Part shown: positions 31,101-40,597 of the stretch, piece by piece
Numbering within the stretch: position 1 is the stretch's first letter
Layout: each line of letters begins with the position of its first letter
Source of the DNA: an uncultured delta proteobacterium
GTDB lineage: Bacteria; Desulfobacterota; RBG-13-43-22
Reading direction: 5' to 3'
Assembly (NCBI GenBank): GCA_963711835.1
Contig: CAVQFQ010000006.1
Coordinates: 101,213-165,212, forward strand
Length of the DNA: 64,000 nucleotides
Notes under the pieces: model-generated
Database searches by the model: none
Seen by the model: only the letters and a program-made list of their open reading frames with translations
What the model was told of the DNA's origin: nothing
Program-made: the position numbers and the translations under genes

Positions 31101-31362
31101 GAAGGAAGCCATTATGCACGGGGCGGTGAAGAGGATCCGGCCGAAAATCATGACCGTGAGCGTCATCCTGGCCGGCCTGGTGCCCATCATGTTCAGCCAC
31201 GGCGCCGGCTCCGATGTGATGAAACGGATCGCCGCCCCCATGATCGGAGGGGTGGTGACTTCGATGATCCTGGAATTGATCGTTTACCCAACTATTTACC
31301 TGATCTGGAGGGGGAGGGAGTTGCCGGACCAAGGCAACGCCGAATCTGCTATCAATCAGTGA
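28150..31362 (+). CDS. cusA: CusA-type heavy-metal (Cu/Ag) RND efflux permease
   Basis: DAIPDLSDTQV; Met-containing segments SEFMPP, APLEMFET and ARIDML match the CusA Met triad. Confidence 0.93.
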   Translation: MITKIIEYSARNKFIIFLLMFFLGAWGYWSLKNTPLDAIPDLSDTQVIIFTEWPGRSPDLVEDQITYPITSTLLAAPKVQAVRGFSYLGSSFIYVIFEEGTDIYWARSRILEYLQAVKNKLPANINPILGPDATSLGWGFSYAVVDEKGSLDLAQLRSLQDWNLKLALESVPGVSQVASIGGFVKQYQITLDPNRLRAYGIPITRIMEAVRRSNLDVEGRVIEFSGLEYMVRGRGYLKTLADLENIAVGTNGAGTPITLKEVARIQLGPEIRRGVADLDGKGEVAGGIVVVRFGENVLNVIERVKEKIKKDIEPSLPPGVKVVTTYDRSDLINRSIATLKEEIIKISIAVSAVCLVFLFHIPSALVIILTLPLAILISFILMGYLKVTSNIMSLSGIAIAIGAMVDASIIMVENAHKKLEEWEALGRPGSRVEVIIEAAKEVGPSLFFSLLVITVGFLPVFSLQAQAGRLFKPLAYTKTFAMLFSSFLAVTLTPVLMTLFIRGKIRSEDRNPVSIVLHKAYEPVARMALRFKKTVILLAVMVLALTVYPFLKLGSEFMPPLYEGTLFYMPVTVPGASVSVVTDLLHLQDRLLKGIPEVSQVFGKAGRAETATDPAPLEMFETVINLKPESQWRKGMTTEQLINEMNEALTIPGVANSFTMPIKARIDMLATGIRTPVGIKVLGPKLEELERIGLELEHHLKGIRGTRSVYAERVTTGYFLDINVNRQEAARYGLAVEDIQEVIEAGIGGMNITTTVEGRERYPVNIRYARELRGDIDSLKRVLVPVTMGNPGGTPANPASGGMPGSSAPAPLQIPLGQLADIKIVPGPTAIKSEEGLLTSYVYIDFSGRDVGGYVQEAKEKVASLKIPEGYRLVWSGEYEYLIKTHERLTLVIPLTLLVIFVLIFFNTKSVTKTIIVLLAVPFSLVGSFWFLYLLNYNMSIAVWVGIIALAGLDAETGVIMLLYLDLAYEQWRKEGRLKGLSDLKEAIMHGAVKRIRPKIMTVSVILAGLVPIMFSHGAGSDVMKRIAAPMIGGVVTSMILELIVYPTIYLIWRGRELPDQGNAESAINQ

Positions 31363-31883
31363 ACGTGCTTTTCCGGATGAGCGGCCTTGACCATTTTTCC
31401 ATATTCTTCAGGGTTCAATTTAGGCAACCGTCTTAAAAAAGAGACGATGCCCCAGAGTTCCTCCGTACTGTGGGTTGGACCGAAAGCAGGCATACCGGTC
31501 ATCTTGAGACCGTTTTTGACGATCCAGAACAGTTCGGCTTCTCCCTCGCTTTGAGTGTCTCCTGAGCTCAGAGGAGGAGGGTCGGGGTAAAGGCCCAGGG
31601 CAAACTCCATTCGAGTAAAGCCCGGCGCCCCGTGGCACAGCCGGCACATGGCATGAAAATGGGTAAAACCGATTTGGATAAGCTTCGGATCTGATGAGGG
31701 GGGGCTGATAATCCCCCGGCTGTGCGCGGAAATCGAACGGTCACGAACTTCCTCCAGGACCCAATGGGTGATTTTCCAGTGAGGTTCGGTGGCGGCAACG
31801 TTATAGCTCCCCAACCAGAAATAGGCAGTCACCCCCGCCAGGAGGAAGAAAAAGACTGCTATGGTAATTAACAAAGCTTTCAT
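31356..31883 (-). CDS. Membrane-anchored monoheme cytochrome c
   Basis: CRLCH, GLKMTGMPAF and an N-terminal TM segment. Confidence 0.88.
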   Translation of the reverse strand: MKALLITIAVFFFLLAGVTAYFWLGSYNVAATEPHWKITHWVLEEVRDRSISAHSRGIISPPSSDPKLIQIGFTHFHAMCRLCHGAPGFTRMEFALGLYPDPPPLSSGDTQSEGEAELFWIVKNGLKMTGMPAFGPTHSTEELWGIVSFLRRLPKLNPEEYGKMVKAAHPEKHVH

Positions 31884-31936
31884 GTCTCCGACCTCCTTAG
31901 GTTCCCTTATAACGTGCCCCTTTGTTTGGTCTTGGG

Positions 31937-32284
31937 TCAGCTTAGGTCTTTCTTTTTGGCTTCAAATTCTTCTTTCTCGATTTCTCCCCGGGCGTACCTT
32001 TTTTTGAGAATTTCCAGGGCCGACTCCTCCTGATCGGGACCGGCAATGCGGGACCGATTGGAGGAAAGAAGGGAGCGGATCAGCAGGACAATCAAGACGA
32101 TAACCAAAACCCAAAAGATGATCATGAACAAAGGGCCGAACCAGCCCATCATCCCCCAGCCCATCATGCCCGGTCCCCAGCCCCAACCGCCGTACGGTCT
32201 ATAGTCGGCCTGGGCCTCATGTCCGGCGAAAAAAAACAGAACCGCCGGAACCCAACCTCTTAAAAGCCAGGCCAATGATCTCAT
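31937..32284 (-). CDS. SHOCT-domain membrane protein
   Basis: GMMGWG-rich region, TM helix and ALEILKKRYARGEIxKEEF. Confidence 0.88.
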   Translation of the reverse strand: MRSLAWLLRGWVPAVLFFFAGHEAQADYRPYGGWGWGPGMMGWGMMGWFGPLFMIIFWVLVIVLIVLLIRSLLSSNRSRIAGPDQEESALEILKKRYARGEIEKEEFEAKKKDLS

Positions 32285-32375
32285 AGCCTCCCTCCTTCTC
32301 GATTCTTAAACGTTTTTCCTTATTTTACCTTTCGCGGGGTACCTTGTAAAGTCCGCTCTCTTTTCCCCTTTAACC

Positions 32376-33059
32376 TTAACTTCGAGAGCCGAAGAGGGCG
32401 GTGCCGACCCGGATGATGGTCGCCCCTTCCTCGATGGCCGTCTCAAAATCATGGGACATGCCCATGGACAGTTGAGAGAGGTCCAGGTCAGGGAACCGGC
32501 TTTGCCACTTTCTTTGCCATTGATAAAGAGACCGGAACCAGCGGCGGGAAAGTTCCGGGTCCGGTTCATAAGGCGGGATGGCCATCAGGCCCCGGAGGCG
32601 CAGATGAGACCAGGAAGGGGCGGCTTCCAGTAAAGAAGGGACCTGATCCGGCGGCAAACCGGATTTGCTGTCCTCTCCGGCTTCATTGACCTGAAGCAAG
32701 ACCTCCAGGACTTTCCCTGACAGCTCGGCCTGGCGATTCAATTCCTCGGCCAGGGAGAGGCGGTCCAGGGTCTCGATCATCGAGAAGAGCTTAACGGCGA
32801 TCTTGGCTTTGTTGCTTTGCAGGTGTCCTATAAAGTGCCAGGTCCCTTGATGGATTTGTTCGATCTTCTGCTTGGCCTCCTGGATATAGTTCTCGCCGAA
32901 ATGGGTCAACCCTTCCGTCAGCGCTTCCCGGATGCGTTCTGCCGGCAGGGTCTTGGTGACGGCCACCAGCAGGATCTCCTGGGCCTTCCTTCCTGACCGC
33001 AGGCAGGCTTGTTGGATGCGTTCGTTGACCCGGTCTATTCTATCGGCAAAGGTTTCCAT
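32376..33059 (-). CDS. yggS: PLP homeostasis protein YggS
   Basis: LVAVTK, FGENYIQE, WHFIGHLQSNK and LSMGMS. Confidence 0.95.
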   Translation of the reverse strand: METFADRIDRVNERIQQACLRSGRKAQEILLVAVTKTLPAERIREALTEGLTHFGENYIQEAKQKIEQIHQGTWHFIGHLQSNKAKIAVKLFSMIETLDRLSLAEELNRQAELSGKVLEVLLQVNEAGEDSKSGLPPDQVPSLLEAAPSWSHLRLRGLMAIPPYEPDPELSRRWFRSLYQWQRKWQSRFPDLDLSQLSMGMSHDFETAIEEGATIIRVGTALFGSRS

Positions 33060-33066
33060 CTCCCGG

Positions 33067-33654
33067 TCATCTCCCTAAGCGGAATCGGGTGCAGGCTTCC
33101 AGGGCCTCTACAACTTCGGCCAAGGGCAAGCCGACCACATTGGTATAAGAGCCGTTGATCCGTTTGATCAGAAAAGCCCCCTTCTCCTGGATGCCGTAAG
33201 CCCCGGCCTTATCCAGGGGTTCCCTTCCGGCAACATACCATTCGATTTCCTGAGGGGTCAATGTTTTGAAGCTGACCGAGGTGACCACGCTTTTATCCAC
33301 CTGAAGGTTTTGATGCCGATTCAACAGACAGAAGCCGGTGATGACCCGGTGGGTTCGGCCGCTTAAGGCGGTTAAAAAGGCCGCCGCTTCTTTCGGATTT
33401 TTGGGTTTCCCTAAAATTTTCCGGTCCAAAACAACAATGGTGTCGGCCCCCAGGATCCAATCCCCAGGATAACGGACGGCTGCCGCCTGGGCCTTTTCCC
33501 GGGCCATTCTTTTGGAGAAACCGACGGGGGATTCACCGGGCTTCAGGCTTTCGATGATCTTCGGGGTCCTCACCAGCATCCGGATCCCCAGACTCTTCAA
33601 CAGGGCCTTGCGCCGGGGGGACTGGGAAGCCAATATCAATCTGAACGGAGGCAC
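33067..33654 (-). CDS. maf: Maf-family nucleoside triphosphate pyrophosphatase
   Basis: LASQSPRR, GADTIV, DKAGAYGIQ and NVVGLP. Confidence 0.94.
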   Translation of the reverse strand: MPPFRLILASQSPRRKALLKSLGIRMLVRTPKIIESLKPGESPVGFSKRMAREKAQAAAVRYPGDWILGADTIVVLDRKILGKPKNPKEAAAFLTALSGRTHRVITGFCLLNRHQNLQVDKSVVTSVSFKTLTPQEIEWYVAGREPLDKAGAYGIQEKGAFLIKRINGSYTNVVGLPLAEVVEALEACTRFRLGR

Positions 33655-33657
33655 GGC

Positions 33658-34434
33658 TTATTCTCCTAAACGGTTTCGAAAAGCCTTATGGGTATTTTCC
33701 CATAAGGCCCGGCTCAATTCCAGAGGGGGCATATTTCTGATCCGGGCCACATAGTCTGCCGTGTAGGCCACATAGGCCGGTTCGTTACGCTTGCCCCGAT
33801 AGGGGTGGGGGGTCAGATAGGGGGCATCGGTTTCGATTAAGAGGGAACCTAATGGAGCCCGGCGAACCACCTCTTCCAGGACGGTCCCCTCTTTAAAAGT
33901 AATGGCGCCGGTGATGGAAATAAAAAAATTCAGGTCGAGACATATTTGGGCCATGTCCCAGTCGCCCGAGAAGCAGTGAAAGATGCCGCCTATCTCCCCG
34001 GCCTTTTCCTCCCTGAGGATGGTCAGGACTTCCTCATGGGCCTGCCGGTCGTGGATGACGAGGGGCAGGGAGGTTTCCCGGGCCAGGCGGATCATTTTCC
34101 GGAAGCAGTCTTTCTGGTCCTCTTTAGGGGAAAGGTTGCGGAAGAAGTCCAGGCCGGTTTCGCCGACGGCTACCACACGCGGCTCACAGGCCAATTCGGC
34201 CAGGCGGGAAAAGTCCTGCTCCGTTCGTTCCTTGGCGTCATGGGGATGGATTCCTATTGTGGCCCAGATCCGATCGTGGGCCTGGGCCAGACTCAAGGCC
34301 CGGCGGCTGCTTTCCAGATCGGTCCCAATGGTAATGATTTTAAAGACCCCTTTTTGGAAGGCCCGGGCAATGACCTCTTCCCGGTCCTGGTCAAAGGCCT
34401 CCATATCCAGATGGGCATGGGAATCTATCCACAT
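33658..34434 (-). CDS. tatD: TatD-family hydrolase
   Basis: DSHAH, GIHPH, GETGLD, ETDAP and RGKRNEP. Confidence 0.94.
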   Translation of the reverse strand: MWIDSHAHLDMEAFDQDREEVIARAFQKGVFKIITIGTDLESSRRALSLAQAHDRIWATIGIHPHDAKERTEQDFSRLAELACEPRVVAVGETGLDFFRNLSPKEDQKDCFRKMIRLARETSLPLVIHDRQAHEEVLTILREEKAGEIGGIFHCFSGDWDMAQICLDLNFFISITGAITFKEGTVLEEVVRRAPLGSLLIETDAPYLTPHPYRGKRNEPAYVAYTADYVARIRNMPPLELSRALWENTHKAFRNRLGE

Positions 34435-34639
34435 GGTAAAAAAGAGTTCCTCTCTAATAACTCCGGATTTGGTGATCCTTATTTATAAGAGGTTATTGAA
34501 GAAAAATCAATCTTCATCCAAGAGGAAGACCCGCCGGAGATCAGTTAAAAACCCGGGCGAAATGTGATAAAATATGGTATTAAAAATTAACGCGCTCTGA
34601 GCGGTCCAGCGCCTGGCCGGAGGTTAATAGTTCAACAAA

Positions 34640-36151
34640 ATGAATATCGGAAACTGGTTATTCAAACGAAGTCTTATATCCCCGGCCAAGCCGGCCATTG
34701 TTTTTGAGGATCAGGTTCTGACCTATGCCGGGATGAACCGGCGGGTGAACCGCCTGTCGCAGGCCCTGTTAAAGATGGGGCTGGAATTGGGCGATCGCGT
34801 GGGGGTGCTGAGCCGGAATTGTCCGGAGTTTTTGGAAGTCTATTTTGCCTGCGCCAAAACAGGCCTGATTTTTGTCCCTTTAAATTTTCGCCTGGCCCCT
34901 CCTGAGATCGCCTACGAGATTAACGACAGCGGCTTGCGCTGCCTGTTTTTCCACCTGGAATTGGAATCCCAGGTACACAAAACAGCCCCCTTGCTTTCAA
35001 TAAAAAATCCCGAACTGGTCAGTTGGGGAAGACCCTCGAACTCTGAGACGATTCATTACGAAACCTTCCTGGAGAATGAATCTGAAGAAGAGCCTCCGGG
35101 TGTCGAGGGGACTGTGGCCTGGGACACCCCTCAGATGATCATGTACACCTCCGGCACCACCGGGACGCCTAAAGGGGCCTTGCTCTCCCATCAGAAGACC
35201 CTCTTTAATACCTTGAATGCCCAGATCTATTTTGATCTTTATTCCAACGATACTATGCTGGTGGTGCTGCCCCTCTTCCATTCCGGAGGCCTGAACATCA
35301 TGACGGTTCCCACCCTGTATGCGGGCGGAAAGATCATCCTGCAATCCCGCTTTGACCCGGAAGAGTTTTTAAAAATGATCGCAACCCAGCGGGTCACCCA
35401 GGCCATGGTGGTGCCTACCATGATCAATACCCTGCTCAAGGAAACCCGACCGGAAAAGCATGACCTTTCCAGTCTCAGATCCATCCTGGTTGGTGGAGAA
35501 CCCATCTCGGCGGACCTGATGCTTCAGGCCCGGGACCGAGGCCTGCCGGTCCGCCAGATCTTCGGCCAGACCGAGTCCTCCATCCAGTTGTGGGTGCCGG
35601 AGGAGAAGGCCCGGGAGAAGGCCGGGGCCGTGGGGGTCCCGGTTTTTCATGGGGAGGTGCGGGTAGTCGATGAAAAGGGCCGGCCGGTCTCCTCCGGAGA
35701 GACCGGTGAAATTTGTGTTAAAGGACCGATTCAGATGCTGGCCTATTGGAACCTGCCGGAGGAGACGGAACAAACCATCCGGGAAGGCTGGCTCTACACC
35801 GGAGATCTGGGCCGGATCGATGAAGACGGATACGTCTACGTAGTGGACCGCATGGGGGACATGTATATCAGTGGTGGAGAAAATGTCTATCCGGCGGAGG
35901 TCGAAAAGGCCCTTCTCAATCACCCCAAGGTTTTTGAGGCGGCGATTATCGGGGTGCCGGATGCCAAATGGGGCAAGGCCGGCCGGGCTTTTATTAAGCT
36001 AAAAAAAGGAGAAACCATCACCCTGGAGGAGGTCGTGGCTTTTCTTAAAGAAAATGTCGCCGCCTACAAGATTCCCAAATCCCTGGAGATCGTGGACGAC
36101 CTGCCTAAAACCGCCTCCGGCAAGATCAAAAAGAGCCTCCTGGCCAAATGA
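34640..36151 (+). CDS. Acyl-CoA synthetase (AMP-forming)
   Basis: YTSGTTGTPKG, FGQTE, TGDLG, SGGENVYP and terminal GKIKK. Confidence 0.92.
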   Translation: MNIGNWLFKRSLISPAKPAIVFEDQVLTYAGMNRRVNRLSQALLKMGLELGDRVGVLSRNCPEFLEVYFACAKTGLIFVPLNFRLAPPEIAYEINDSGLRCLFFHLELESQVHKTAPLLSIKNPELVSWGRPSNSETIHYETFLENESEEEPPGVEGTVAWDTPQMIMYTSGTTGTPKGALLSHQKTLFNTLNAQIYFDLYSNDTMLVVLPLFHSGGLNIMTVPTLYAGGKIILQSRFDPEEFLKMIATQRVTQAMVVPTMINTLLKETRPEKHDLSSLRSILVGGEPISADLMLQARDRGLPVRQIFGQTESSIQLWVPEEKAREKAGAVGVPVFHGEVRVVDEKGRPVSSGETGEICVKGPIQMLAYWNLPEETEQTIREGWLYTGDLGRIDEDGYVYVVDRMGDMYISGGENVYPAEVEKALLNHPKVFEAAIIGVPDAKWGKAGRAFIKLKKGETITLEEVVAFLKENVAAYKIPKSLEIVDDLPKTASGKIKKSLLAK

Positions 36152-36209
36152 GACTGATTTTCAGCGGGAATCATCTATTATCAGGTTCGGCTTCATCGGA
36201 TAAAGGGGG

Positions 36210-36788
36210 ATGATGCTTTCCATTCGAAACATCCTGTTCAGGGAGGATCGGGTCTGCCCCTGGTGGCTGGCCTATACCTTTGATAATCCTTTCCGGCGGC
36301 TTTTTCACAACCCTGACCGAATTCTGGGTGATTACGTCAAGCCCGGTCATACCGTACTGGATATCGGCTGCGGCCTGGGCTATTTCACTCTGGCTATGGC
36401 CCGGATGGTGGGGGAAAACGGGAAGGTGATAGCCGTTGACCTGCAGCCTCAGATGCTCAAGCGCCTTAGGCGAAGGGCTGAACGCGCCGGGCTGCAATTG
36501 CGCATTCACCCGCATCTATCCCAGAAGGATTCGTTGGACGTCAAAGAGCCGGTTGATTTTGTTCTGGCCTTCTGGATGGTCCACGAAGTGGACAATCAAA
36601 CGTCTTTTTTTCAGGAAGTACATGGGTTGATGAAACCGGAGGCCCGGTTTTTAGTGGTGGAACCAAAATTCCATGTAACCGACTCGGAGTTTCAAAAGAC
36701 CGTGACCATCGCTCATCAGACAGGCCTGGTTTCCTTGGACGCACCCCAGGTCAGATTCAGCCGAGCCGTTACCTTCGTAAACGAATGA
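36210..36788 (+). CDS. Class I SAM-dependent methyltransferase
   Basis: VCPWW, VLDIGCGLG and FWMVHEV. Confidence 0.88.
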   Translation: MMLSIRNILFREDRVCPWWLAYTFDNPFRRLFHNPDRILGDYVKPGHTVLDIGCGLGYFTLAMARMVGENGKVIAVDLQPQMLKRLRRRAERAGLQLRIHPHLSQKDSLDVKEPVDFVLAFWMVHEVDNQTSFFQEVHGLMKPEARFLVVEPKFHVTDSEFQKTVTIAHQTGLVSLDAPQVRFSRAVTFVNE

Positions 36789-37042
36789 TTATCAAGACCA
36801 GCAGGGGCAAATCAATTGATACCGAGAGGGATTTGACCGCGCCGGAGCGGCACATCCTGCAGAAGCTTTTTATCTGGGAATCTATGGCCTCCAGTATGGA
36901 TCAATTCAATCAGAAAAAAAAGGAGGCCCTGCAAAAGGGCTGGAACAATTCAGGACCTATACAAGAAGGCGAGGCCTTGAAGGGTATAATATTTGATCTG
37001 GAAGAAAAGGTCAGGCTTCGGTTAAAAGAGGTGCAGGAATGA
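36785..37042 (+). CDS. Hypothetical protein
   Basis: 85 aa, ATGA overlaps with both neighbours. Confidence 0.7.
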   Translation: MIIKTSRGKSIDTERDLTAPERHILQKLFIWESMASSMDQFNQKKKEALQKGWNNSGPIQEGEALKGIIFDLEEKVRLRLKEVQE

Positions 37043-37278
37043 CTCCCGGTTCGAGATATGTCAAAATTGTCGAGTAGTCAGATATCGATAATTGTTTTAT
37101 TGGCAGTTGCCCAGAGCTTTTCTATGGCGGCTGCCATGGAAGCAATGAACGCGAAGTATTTAATGAGCTTTGTGAAATTATTGATGAAATGGTAGAGCTT
37201 TACAAAAAGGACGGTAAGCTACTCCCCTCGCCAATATCTGGAAAAGAACTTGTGAATGAACTACAAAAGGTTGCCTAA
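37039..37278 (+). pseudogene. HicB-like antitoxin with an in-frame TAG at codon 13
   Basis: Hand translation: MTPGSRYVKIVE*SDIDNCFIGSCPELFYGGCHG...YKKDGKLLPSP...VA; TAG at 37075-37077. Confidence 0.7.
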
Positions 37279-37474
37279 AAAAATTACCCAGTTGACGGGC
37301 CCTCATCTCTTACACTGCAGGGTGGATGACTCAACAACCTTCGATCAAAACAGAATATGGGGGTTGTCCCGGATTTTCTTATCCCAACTGATTTATGTTA
37401 TGTTTAGTAATGTGTCTCTTTAATTTCCTTTATAAAATACGCAAGCAATGATCTAAATTCCCAGGAGAGCAAAA

Positions 37475-39235
37475 ATGAAGGATCAAACCTTATTCCGCAT
37501 TGGCCAGACGGCTATTCTGTTTCTGAGCCTGTTTGGTTCTTCCTTCTCGCCGCAGCCGACCCTTGCCGGGCCGGAGTCGGGCCAGTTGGCCCATTACATC
37601 GTCTTCGAAAAACACGTTGATGGCACGATTGTCCCGGTTTATTACCAGCCGGTGGAGCTGGCCGCCTCGCTACAATCGGTGTCCGACAGGAAATTGACTG
37701 ACTATTTCGCCCAATCATCACGGAATGCTGACCGGATTGTGGTTGCGCTGCAAGCAAAAGATGAGAGCATTGCGTATCAGAATGTCATTGAGGTCTCCCC
37801 CTGGCTGCGCGGCGAGTTTCACGGCGCGGCGGCGGGCGACCCAATTGACGGGCATATCCTGCCAGCCGAGAGCCCTGCCTTCGTGGTGCGCGTGCCGAGG
37901 ATTGAGGGGACGACGTTGGTGATGAAAGACGCCCGGCTGACGACCATCGCCCAATTCGACCTATCCCGCCTGGCTGCCGAGACGCCGCTCATCACCCTCG
38001 ACCCACGCGCAGTGGTCGAAAGTCAGTCAATTACCGGCCCGGCTGCCAATCGCGTCGATTTCCTCATTATGGGCGATGGCTACACCGCGGCTCAATCATC
38101 CCAATTCAATACAGATGCGACCAACGTCGCCAGCCAGTTCTTCTCGATTTCGCCATACTCCGTTTATCAAAACTACTTCAATATCCACACCCTCTTCACC
38201 GCCTCGAGCCAATCCGGGGCCGACCACCCGCCTTACAATCCCAATTGCGGGTACAGTGACCCCAACTGTTGCGGCGATTCCACGATGCTGTCCGATCCGC
38301 TACAGGGGCAAATGGTCAACACCACCTTCGACGGCCGGTTTTGCGCCTACTGGATCCACCGCCTGCTCGTTGTGAATAACAGCAAAGTGATGGCAGCCGC
38401 GGCGGCCGTGCCGGACTGGGATAGCATCCTGGTGATTGTCAACGACGCGACCTATGGCGGCTCGGGAGGCACTATCGCAGTCATCTCTATGCACTCGGTG
38501 GCAGCGCAAATTGCTCAGCACGAATTTGGGCACTCGTTCGTCAATCTGGCCGATGAATACGAATCGGCATACCCCGGCTACCCTCCATGCAGCGATATTA
38601 CCAGCCCGCCCTGCGAATCGAACGTCACCGATGTGACCAATCGCCCGCAGATCAAGTGGAATCCGTGGATACTTCCCACCACCCCCATCCCAACCCCCGA
38701 GACCGGCACCTATGACGGCCTAGTCGGGCTGTTCGAGGGCGCCAGATACCTCACGACCGGCATGTATCGTCCAGGTCTGGATTGCATCATGCGCTCGCTG
38801 GGGTCGCCGTTCTGCCAGGTGCCCAGCCAATCTTACGTGCTGAAGCTGTACAACGGCGGCTGGGGCGTGCCCACCAGTGGGATTAGCCTGATCGAGCCAG
38901 GTACCGCCTCGCCCGTCACGCCGCTGTTGCTCACTCATCCGGCAACGCAACTCTTCCACGCCGACATCTTGGGACCGATCGGTGGCCCGCCCGTACAAAT
39001 AAGCTGGCTGGATAACGGGATACCCATTCCGGGAACCTCGGGCAACACGATCACTTATACCACCAGCGCCGGCAGCCCCGGCCTCCACTACATCAAGCTG
39101 CAAGTGAAAGATCTGACCTCGCTGGTACACCCTGCTATGGCAGGCGCGGCGCTCGAAGACGAATATACCTGGAATGTCACTGTCTCAGTACCATTACTCT
39201 CAATCAAAGTTTTTCTGCCTCTTCTCCTAAAGTAA
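37475..39235 (+). CDS. Secreted M64-family (IgA peptidase-like) zinc metallopeptidase
   Basis: Signal peptide; GDGYT, YGGSG, HEFGHSFVNLADEY, FEGA, YRP and CIMR. Confidence 0.85.
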   Translation: MKDQTLFRIGQTAILFLSLFGSSFSPQPTLAGPESGQLAHYIVFEKHVDGTIVPVYYQPVELAASLQSVSDRKLTDYFAQSSRNADRIVVALQAKDESIAYQNVIEVSPWLRGEFHGAAAGDPIDGHILPAESPAFVVRVPRIEGTTLVMKDARLTTIAQFDLSRLAAETPLITLDPRAVVESQSITGPAANRVDFLIMGDGYTAAQSSQFNTDATNVASQFFSISPYSVYQNYFNIHTLFTASSQSGADHPPYNPNCGYSDPNCCGDSTMLSDPLQGQMVNTTFDGRFCAYWIHRLLVVNNSKVMAAAAAVPDWDSILVIVNDATYGGSGGTIAVISMHSVAAQIAQHEFGHSFVNLADEYESAYPGYPPCSDITSPPCESNVTDVTNRPQIKWNPWILPTTPIPTPETGTYDGLVGLFEGARYLTTGMYRPGLDCIMRSLGSPFCQVPSQSYVLKLYNGGWGVPTSGISLIEPGTASPVTPLLLTHPATQLFHADILGPIGGPPVQISWLDNGIPIPGTSGNTITYTTSAGSPGLHYIKLQVKDLTSLVHPAMAGAALEDEYTWNVTVSVPLLSIKVFLPLLLK

Positions 39236-39398
39236 AGTTGTGGCGTATTTGAAATTATACCAAAGCGCCCACCGGTGATTTGCAATGTCAAGGGTAACCT
39301 CGGTTCGGCCAACCAATAAGGATTGAGACGACTCGGAAAGTCTTTTCGGTCCATTGTTCAAGAAGCCCTTAGTGGCAAGCGGCGATCTGTCCCCATGA

Positions 39399-39740
39399 GG
39401 ACTTCATCCCCCGGCCAAAGCCAAGATCCTCGAGTCCGGGGAAGCCGAAACCGTTTTGGTGATGGAATCGTTGATGAATCCTGCCCGGGTTCTAAAAACT
39501 TCTTGGGCGGACAAGATCATTGAGATGGAACGTGGCGGCGCAACTCTGGAGGAATTAATACCCATGATCAGCGGGCGAGTCAGTTTTAAAGGATGGGAGA
39601 GCGGCGATCTGAGTGAAGGAATTTATCCAATGGGCCAGGTGATCGGACTTATCGACGATCTCCCCACAGTGGCGGAATTGCTCAAGCGAACCGTTGCTGA
39701 AGCCATGGAAACCAAGAAGCGCTTAGATAAACTCAGCTAA
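39399..39740 (+). pseudogene. C-terminal fragment of a nitronate monooxygenase/FabK-like flavoenzyme
   Basis: HPPAKAKILES...GQVIGLIDDLPTVAELL; in-frame TGA at 39396-39398, N-terminal part absent. Confidence 0.7.
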
Positions 39741-39753
39741 AAGGAAAAGCGAT

Positions 39754-40557
39754 ATGTCAAAAAGAGTCATTTATTCTATTGAGGATGGGGTGGCCGATGT
39801 TCGTCTGAATCGTCCGGAAAAAATGAATGCTCTTGATCCGGCTATGTTCGAGGCTATAACAGCGACGGGAAAGGAACTGGCCCTCAATAGGTCGTTGAGA
39901 GCCGTTGTCCTGTCCGGTGAGGGAAAGGCCTTCAGCGCCGGGCTGGATTTTATAAGTTTCCAGGCCATGGCCGGTTCAGATCGGAAGGGCCTGCGCAGTG
40001 AACTATTTAAAGCGGAAGCCGATAATCCGGCCAACTTTGCCCAACAGCCTGCTTTTGTCTGGCAGGTATTGCCGGTTCCGGTCATTGCCGCCGTGCATGG
40101 TGTTGCCTTTGGTGGCGGTCTCCAGGTGGCCCTGGGGGCTGACATTCGCCTCGTTGCACCTGACGCACGTCTGTCCATATTGGAAATTAAATGGGGACTG
40201 GTTCCGGATATGGGCGGCACACAGCTCCTGCGTTCTCTGATCAAATTGGATGTGCTTAAGGAGCTGACTTTCACCGGTCGGATTGTTTCCGGGTCGGAGG
40301 CTGTAGAACTGGGTCTGGCTACCCGAGTAAGTGAAAACCCTTATGCCGATGCCATGAAATTAGCCCGGGAAATTGCTTCTAAATCACCGGATGCCATCCG
40401 GGCCGGTAAAAAGCTGTTGAATGCTTCCAGATTGGTGAGTGTTGCCGAAGGCCTAAAACTGGAAGCGGATCTCCAAGGTTCAGTCATCGGTCAGCCGAAC
40501 CAGGTAGAAGCTGTTTTATCCAATATGGAAAAACGGTCCCCAATTTTTAAGGATTAG
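39754..40557 (+). CDS. Enoyl-CoA hydratase/isomerase family protein
   Basis: LNRPEKMNAL, FSAGLD, AFGGG and EIKWGLVPD. Confidence 0.93.
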   Translation: MSKRVIYSIEDGVADVRLNRPEKMNALDPAMFEAITATGKELALNRSLRAVVLSGEGKAFSAGLDFISFQAMAGSDRKGLRSELFKAEADNPANFAQQPAFVWQVLPVPVIAAVHGVAFGGGLQVALGADIRLVAPDARLSILEIKWGLVPDMGGTQLLRSLIKLDVLKELTFTGRIVSGSEAVELGLATRVSENPYADAMKLAREIASKSPDAIRAGKKLLNASRLVSVAEGLKLEADLQGSVIGQPNQVEAVLSNMEKRSPIFKD

Positions 40558-40597
40558 TCATTTCCTCACCTAATTGATAAGTGACAAGGAAGAGATA

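Noticed and set aside
37075-37077. Pyrrolysine read-through of the TAG in the HicB-like gene
   Set aside because: The position is probably Trp in homologs, one substitution explains it, and no pyl genes are in the window.
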